From positions 320,001 to 384,000 of the forward strand of contig CBDETK010000013.1 of assembly GCA_965242865.1 (NCBI GenBank): 64,000 bases of DNA, in the 5' to 3' direction. The notes under the pieces were generated by a model. That model worked only from the letters and a program-made list of their open reading frames with translations. It was not told the DNA's origin and ran no database searches. This document shows positions 59,222 to 64,000 of the stretch, in pieces. Origin of the DNA: Candidatus Latescibacterota bacterium (lineage in GTDB: Bacteria > Latescibacterota > UBA2968 > UBA8231). A program made the translations under genes and the position numbers. Each line of letters starts with the position of its first letter. Position 1 is the stretch's first letter.

Positions 59222-59503
59222 TCAAGCGCAGCAATAGGAAGGCTCGCACGATTCAACGCAATGTATGTCTAGCTGACAGTCCCGACATTCCTGCGCCGCG
59301 TCCCCGTTCGTGGCCCTGTCGCAACCTGCGCTGTACCCAAGGTTATCTGTCCACTCTTCCTCAAAGCAATATGCTTCGCCTTCCTTGGCCCCGAGCAGGA
59401 CGGTGATCCCCGTCAGGACGCTGATGACCCAGCCCAGTGCCAAACCCTGCCGAGCCGGCGCCAACCCGCTCGACGACGCGAAAAACTCCCGCAATTTCTG
59501 CAT
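59222..59503 (-). CDS. Cys-rich secreted peptide precursor P1 (44-aa leader + 49-aa core, 8 Cys)
   Basis: Core YCFEEEWTDNLGYSAGCDRATNGDAAQECRDCQLDIHCVESCEPSYCCA. Confidence 0.88.
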   Translation of the reverse strand: MQKLREFFASSSGLAPARQGLALGWVISVLTGITVLLGAKEGEAYCFEEEWTDNLGYSAGCDRATNGDAAQECRDCQLDIHCVESCEPSYCCA

Positions 59504-59592
59504 GATTCTCGTCTCCTAAGTTGCCCAGTACGCCGGCGGCCCGATACCGCTACGGCACTGGAAGTGAGGGTTGAAAAACAGCCGATACGAGT
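59372..59592 (-). repeat. Conserved 5'UTR+leader cassette, copy 1
   Basis: Nearly identical to the other two copies. Confidence 0.9.
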
Positions 59593-59642
59593 TCGCATCC
59601 CCTCCTTTCTTTTTCATCGGCCTTGCTTCTACGGATTATATA

Positions 59643-59658
59643 AGCAAATTGCGTGCCA
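59643..59658 (-). promoter_or_regulatory. sigma-54 (-24/-12) promoter
   Basis: TGGCACG-CAAT-TTGCT, full match to TGGCACG-N4-TTGCW, about 140 bp before the P1 ATG. Confidence 0.85.
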
Positions 59659-59698
59659 AAAAGCAGGGCATGCACAAAAAAATCCTTTGAGTTTGCCC

Positions 59699-59711
59699 TA
59701 AAGGATTGAAA
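59699..59711. promoter_or_regulatory. Candidate IHF site
   Basis: TAA-AGGA-TTGAAA, one mismatch to YAA-N4-TTGATW, in an AT-rich tract between promoter and repeats. Confidence 0.4.
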
Positions 59712-59778
59712 ATATGAGACTTAAAATAATGGACGCGGCTTCTTACGAGCGGCGGCCTCAGCCCGTGGCGCACGGCTT

Positions 59779-59854
59779 TACACGATTTTCCGTGGGTTCT
59801 ACACGATTTTCCGTGGATTGTACACGATTTTCCGTGGATTACACGACTTTCCGG
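59779..59854. repeat. Four direct repeats TACACGATTTTCCGTGG (spacing 21, 21, 19), candidate enhancer-binding sites
   Basis: Starts at 59779, 59800, 59821, 59840; dyad CACG-N6-CGTG in the first three, degenerate in the fourth. Confidence 0.75.
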
Positions 59855-59971
59855 GTTGCGCCGTCAAGGTAATCACCAGCAGATGCAAGGCCAGCGACAC
59901 CGCCAAGCAACTATGCAGGGTTCTATTTTTGCGGAGCGGAACTTTCCATGCCCGGCGCACCGGCTCACGTC

Positions 59972-61006
59972 TCAGCGCAAAGGATGAAGATTGAGCATTA
60001 ACGCACGCTCGGCCATTTCGTCGTCCGAGATGGTCTGATGCGTTTCGTGAAACGCCATCAGACTAGGGAGACGCAGCTCCTCTGGGATTAGGGAATCCGG
60101 CCATAGCGAGGCAAACCAAAATTCGATCAGGTATAGCTTGGGGTCGTTGTTCTTCTCCGCTATACGGACTATGGCCTTATGCCGTTTTTGCGATTCTGCA
60201 AACGCATTTTGCGGGCTGAAAAAGTCGTGGTGGTGATACAGGTGATAGCTCTGCGCCTTAGCTGCAAAGCACATTTTATGTCCATGCTGCATGAGGCGAT
60301 AGGCCAAATCCCACCCTTCAGAATGGGGCAGCTCTTCGTCAAACCCCCCGACCTCCTCAAGAGCGGTGCGCGAGGCCGCAGCATTATGTGGATAAAAACT
60401 GATCCAACCAATCGGCGAATCGGGCACTTGGTCAAAGAGCACTTGTACCTGGTCTTGCATTCGCTTTAATTCCGGGAAGGGATACCCACCCTCTTGGGCC
60501 AGTCGATCAATCGCGCCAAAATCCGACTGTATCGCAGCCTCGGTCACCCGAAATTCCTCCGGGTACGTCCGCACAACCTGAGCAACCGCTGCCGGAACGT
60601 CCTCCCAAGGAAGGCCGCCGTGCGGGTCTTGGACGTACTCCAAGCGGGGCAAGCAATACTGGAACCCGCTCGTTACGCCGTGGTAGCACTGAAATAGCTG
60701 CCAATGTTGAGCCAACCAATCGGGACCCGGTAGCGCGTCTCCGTCCAAGAAGGCGATCAAGTCGCCCCGCGCCTCCGCGATACCGATGTTCCGCGCCCGA
60801 CAGCGCCCGACATTGGCATGCAAGGGAATGACTTTTATGGGAATGGGCTCGTATTCACGCAGAAAATCCCCCGTCCCGTCCGTGCTGCCATCGTCCACTA
60901 CTACAACCTCAAATTGGCCGGAGAATGTTTGCACGGCCAAGCCGCTTAAAACAAGCCGCAAGCGATCGCGCTGATTGTGTGCGGCAATGACGACAGAAAC
61001 ATCCAT
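59972..61006 (-). CDS. GT2 family glycosyltransferase
   Basis: SVVI..HN, VVVDDGSTDGT, ARN.G, FLDGD, GGFDE, E..DL.YRL; ATG 61006 after AAGGAG. Confidence 0.88.
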   Translation of the reverse strand: MDVSVVIAAHNQRDRLRLVLSGLAVQTFSGQFEVVVVDDGSTDGTGDFLREYEPIPIKVIPLHANVGRCRARNIGIAEARGDLIAFLDGDALPGPDWLAQHWQLFQCYHGVTSGFQYCLPRLEYVQDPHGGLPWEDVPAAVAQVVRTYPEEFRVTEAAIQSDFGAIDRLAQEGGYPFPELKRMQDQVQVLFDQVPDSPIGWISFYPHNAAASRTALEEVGGFDEELPHSEGWDLAYRLMQHGHKMCFAAKAQSYHLYHHHDFFSPQNAFAESQKRHKAIVRIAEKNNDPKLYLIEFWFASLWPDSLIPEELRLPSLMAFHETHQTISDDEMAERALMLNLHPLR

Positions 61007-61047
61007 TGCGCTCGCTCCTTTATATAACAATCCTACATCATTCAAGA

Positions 61048-61074
61048 CTGGATTCCCGCATTCGCGGGAATGAC
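61048..61074 (-). repeat. dRS3-like REP (GTCATTCCCGCGAATGCGGGAATCCAG)
   Basis: Differs by one base from 47028-47054; inverted orientation. Confidence 0.8.
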
Positions 61075-61135
61075 TCCTCATAGGCAAAAAGACGGCGTCG
61101 ATGAACATTTCATACTTTCAAGTCATTTATAATTG

Positions 61136-62122
61136 CTATATACACTCAAGGACCAAGCGGCACTCCTCCTTCAGAGTGTCCGGTCGGTGTATATGAGGCA
61201 AGCCGTTATCCGTCTCTTCATACACCACGGCTTGGGGCACTTCCTTGACAGAGTTGGAGCACACGACGTGGAAGCAATCCAAATGGCCGAAGAAAAAGTC
61301 AAAATACGGCTCGCTATTCTCCAAGACCTTGGGGCGCAATACCTCACTTTGCACATTGGCCTCCGTCAGTGCTGGCGTACCGATACTGATACCGTGAAAC
61401 TCCACGGGAAGCCATCCCAAACCTGCGATAAAAAGCTCAGCCCACGTGTGCCCAAACACCACTTCGTTGTACGTGCGGTTCTCGTAGCGGTTCGGCCCCA
61501 GCGGGTTGACGGCGATGGCTCCGGTTTGCTCGCGGGCGGGTATCTTTAGCTGGCGACAAAGGGCAATAAATGCACGCGCCAACGTAATACAATGTCCGCC
61601 GTCGTCTGTCAGTGCTTTTAGGGTGCTGCATTGATAGCACTGGCAGCTATCTTTGGTTTTCTTGAAATGCTTGTTCTTGGCCAAATAGCAGTACAACAAA
61701 CGAGCTTTTTCTACATCGCTCAATGCTTCGTCTATGCCCACATCCTCCCAACAACGGCGGACGAGCGGATGATCGACCAAGGATTCGTCAACGGCTGTAT
61801 AGAACCTGAACTGTTCGGGCGCGAGCACTTCTGTTGTCCGTGTAGTGCCCATCCCTCTCGCACAAACCGTCAACTCGCAGACGTAAGAAAACGCATAGGC
61901 CCCATCGGAGCTAAAATCACAAACCGCAGGATAGTTGTAGAAAAAACCCGCGTGTGGCAAAAAGTGTTCTTGCATCCCTGCCGGATGGCAAGATAGCAGC
62001 TTTATATCCGTCTGAAAGTCCGTGGATATTGGGTAGGGCAGAAATATCCGCGTATTGTGGGTTGTATCCTCGGCCGCAGACAGGGTGAAGGTATAAGTTA
62101 GCTGCAAGTGCTGGCTCTCCAC
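61136..62122 (-). CDS. Transglutaminase-like cysteine protease domain (possibly the C-terminal half of the upstream gene)
   Basis: GHC....AFIALCR...IPAR...G, HTWAE, GWLPVE; extra CQCYQC motif; no clear RBS. Confidence 0.8.
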   Translation of the reverse strand: MESQHLQLTYTFTLSAAEDTTHNTRIFLPYPISTDFQTDIKLLSCHPAGMQEHFLPHAGFFYNYPAVCDFSSDGAYAFSYVCELTVCARGMGTTRTTEVLAPEQFRFYTAVDESLVDHPLVRRCWEDVGIDEALSDVEKARLLYCYLAKNKHFKKTKDSCQCYQCSTLKALTDDGGHCITLARAFIALCRQLKIPAREQTGAIAVNPLGPNRYENRTYNEVVFGHTWAELFIAGLGWLPVEFHGISIGTPALTEANVQSEVLRPKVLENSEPYFDFFFGHLDCFHVVCSNSVKEVPQAVVYEETDNGLPHIHRPDTLKEECRLVLECI

Positions 62123-63606
62123 AGCCGGACGAAGCGCACCATTTTTTGGGTTGATGAGAACGAACGCATCTCCTCACGCGCCTCGTAATCACGCGCAAAA
62201 AAGCGAGCGTCGTTGTCGTAGAGCCAGTTCCACGAATCGCAACGGTCGTACCAAATGCCGTCTGGTCTCACTTCATGCGGCATCTGGCGCGTACGCCCGT
62301 TCTCGAGCATCGCTTCAACTTGCTCATCGCTGAGCACCGTGCTCAACGACAACTGCCGGGCAAAGTCGCGTTGGCTCATCTGGTAATGCGGATCGAGCCG
62401 GCCTTCTTCCTCGCGACTCATCCAGTACCTATCGACGACATCCGCGACGCGATTCGCATCCTGCCATTTCTGTATATCGGCGGCCAACGCACGGCATCGT
62501 CTGGAGAATATCGCATAGTGGCTTAACAGCCCCTCGACGCTTTGGACGAGAGCTGTCGGTTGGGCGAAATCTCGGTAGCTTAGTTTAATCCCTAGTCCCA
62601 AGGCTTGCAGCCGGTCGATGAAATGCTCCTGCGTACCATGCGTGGGCAGCCCAATGACTGGTATGCCCTTGAACAGAGCTTGGTAGAAGAAACCGGGATC
62701 GCCGCCGCCGGCAAAGACAGCCGCTTGGGAGGCGACCTGCGGCAAAAAACTCGGATCGACCATCTCGCCGCGCTCTATCGAGTCGATATGCACCCCAATA
62801 GGTGGAACCACCCACTGCCGAATCCCCTTCATCCCTAGCTCTCGCACGGCCTCTTGAATGGAAGACCAATCGGCCCCCAGCGTTCTGAGATCCCAGTACA
62901 CCCCCTCCCGATCCACCTCGCCTTGCTCTTGTGCATCGAGCCCCTCAAGCAGCGGCCCCACAAAGGAGTAGCTGGTAGGGGCCTCCGGTCGCAGTGGATG
63001 AATCGCTGGAATATCGCAGAGCAGGTACATTTCCCTACCTGTCACCCGATAAGCCCATTCTCGATGGGTGGTGCGTTCGATGATGTCATCCCAAGTACAC
63101 ACGAACTCAGGCGAGTGAATCGGGTGCGCGTATTCGGGCATGTTGTAGGCCGATTTTATCGAAACTACATCAACCCCTTCTAATGCTGCGGCCAATCTCA
63201 GGGTGGGACGAGAATCTACGATAGCAAAGTCGGGTTTCAAGCGGCCAAGGAGCACTCGCTCGGCTTCCACGCTTTGCTGGATCAACAAATCGTAGTCCAC
63301 TTCACTCGTGCCAAAATCCAGTACGGCCTCCAAGTCTCGTATCGGCGTGTCGAGGTCGTGCAGAGTGAAGCCCGCTTGCCGGATGGGGTCGGCAAACGAA
63401 CCCGTACCAGCAAAATCGACTGCGTATCCTCGGCGCCGGAGCGTCGTACCTACGACCAAAGCACGGGACGCGGAAACCCGATCAAAGCCGCAAAAAAAGA
63501 TCAGGATCGACGCGCGGTCTCGCTTTAGACGACGCGAGCGTTCCTCAAGCCGTCTGATGACCTTGAAGAGTCCGGCTAAGGTCCATTGCTGTATTGCGTT
63601 GACCAT
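62098..63606 (-). CDS. GT-B fold (GT1/GT28-like) glycosyltransferase-like protein
   Basis: SRAL..GTTLRRRGY.VDFA, LKPD..IVD, FVGP, GGG.....QAL.KGIPVIGLP...TQ. Confidence 0.7.
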   Translation of the reverse strand: MVNAIQQWTLAGLFKVIRRLEERSRRLKRDRASILIFFCGFDRVSASRALVVGTTLRRRGYAVDFAGTGSFADPIRQAGFTLHDLDTPIRDLEAVLDFGTSEVDYDLLIQQSVEAERVLLGRLKPDFAIVDSRPTLRLAAALEGVDVVSIKSAYNMPEYAHPIHSPEFVCTWDDIIERTTHREWAYRVTGREMYLLCDIPAIHPLRPEAPTSYSFVGPLLEGLDAQEQGEVDREGVYWDLRTLGADWSSIQEAVRELGMKGIRQWVVPPIGVHIDSIERGEMVDPSFLPQVASQAAVFAGGGDPGFFYQALFKGIPVIGLPTHGTQEHFIDRLQALGLGIKLSYRDFAQPTALVQSVEGLLSHYAIFSRRCRALAADIQKWQDANRVADVVDRYWMSREEEGRLDPHYQMSQRDFARQLSLSTVLSDEQVEAMLENGRTRQMPHEVRPDGIWYDRCDSWNWLYDNDARFFARDYEAREEMRSFSSTQKMVRFVRLWRASTCS

Positions 63607-63617
63607 GGTTTAGTCCT

Positions 63618-64000
63618 TTACATTTGGCCGCTCGTCTTTAGCAGCACTTGGACGAATTCAACCTTGTCGGCTCGCTGGAGTTCGCGGTATAATTCCAATG
63701 CTTGCCGCCACTGAATCAAGGCGTCAAAAGGAGCCTGATTCGACGCATAGACCCGCCCCAAGCGAACTCTAACGTCGGCCACCGCCTCCAAGTCCGATAC
63801 CTTCGTGAACAGTTGCACCGCCTGCCGGTACGCCTCCTCAGCCGCATTGAGGTTTTCGACGTTCATATAGTTATCGCCCACAAGAGCCGCTTGGGCCGCT
63901 CGGCCTCGGTTGTCCCCAATCGCGTCAAATAGCTCCTTAGCCTGCTGGAACCACGCCGCGGCTTCGCGTAGGTCGCCTTTCTCCCAGAGTACCTGCCCCA
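63618..64000 (-). CDS. TPR-repeat protein, 5' end outside window
   Basis: Helical TPR-like repeats (A..AYRQAVQLF, LGRVY...ALELY); frame open to the window edge. Confidence 0.7.
   Translation of the reverse strand, partial: GQVLWEKGDLREAAAWFQQAKELFDAIGDNRGRAAQAALVGDNYMNVENLNAAEEAYRQAVQLFTKVSDLEAVADVRVRLGRVYASNQAPFDALIQWRQALELYRELQRADKVEFVQVLLKTSGQM

Noticed and set aside
59059-59224. P1 ends in TGA at the position of P3's last Cys, the frame stays open into FG1, and selB is in the window: selenocysteine readthrough?
   Set aside because: P1 also lacks the extra internal Cys, so paired loss explains it. FG1 has its own RBS and signal peptide, a terminator-like stem intervenes, and a similar 3' sequence follows P2's TAA
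51633-59503. Peptides as lanthipeptide, sactipeptide or ranthipeptide precursors
   Set aside because: No LanB/C/M, radical SAM, YcaO or peptidase-ABC exporter in the window; the leader looks like a signal peptide rather than a double-glycine leader
47162-59503. Diversity-generating retroelement behind the variation
   Set aside because: No reverse transcriptase; differences include indels and are not adenine-specific
59779-59854. Direct repeats as a CRISPR array
   Set aside because: Units are 19-21 bp with only 2-4 nt between them; no spacers and no cas genes

Overview
GC-rich bacterial window. Seven large secreted proteins with FlgD/'PNPFN...WDGRD' tails, ankyrin kinases and many sugar-acid enzymes suggest Ca. 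Latescibacterota or a similar, possibly sponge-associated lineage (inference only). Bases 1-39,400 are mostly metabolic or housekeeping: uronate/sulfated-glycan enzymes, modABC, DinG-type helicase-nuclease, mtnP, selB and tRNA-Thr(TGT). A small defence-like patch at 16-22 kb holds a DUF3800 gene preceded by its own promoter and structured small RNA, and an ABC-ATPase/DUF3226 pair. Bases 39,400-47,000 are an FHA/MotA/PP2C/Ser-Thr kinase module. The standout is 47,000-64,000 (minus strand). A near-perfect sigma-54 promoter with candidate enhancer repeats precedes an array of three small Cys-rich peptide genes interleaved with five paralogous secreted FG-GAP/FlgD proteins. The peptides share a nearly invariant 44-aa leader but have hypervariable 47-50-aa cores with 8/8/10 Cys. 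Each has a covarying 5'-UTR hairpin and a downstream terminator-like hairpin. Peptide framework type tracks the subtype of the next FG-GAP gene. Upstream lie a TPR gene, a GT-B gene probably frameshift-fused to a transglutaminase-like gene, and a GT2 gene. All calls come from motif recognition by eye; no database search was run.
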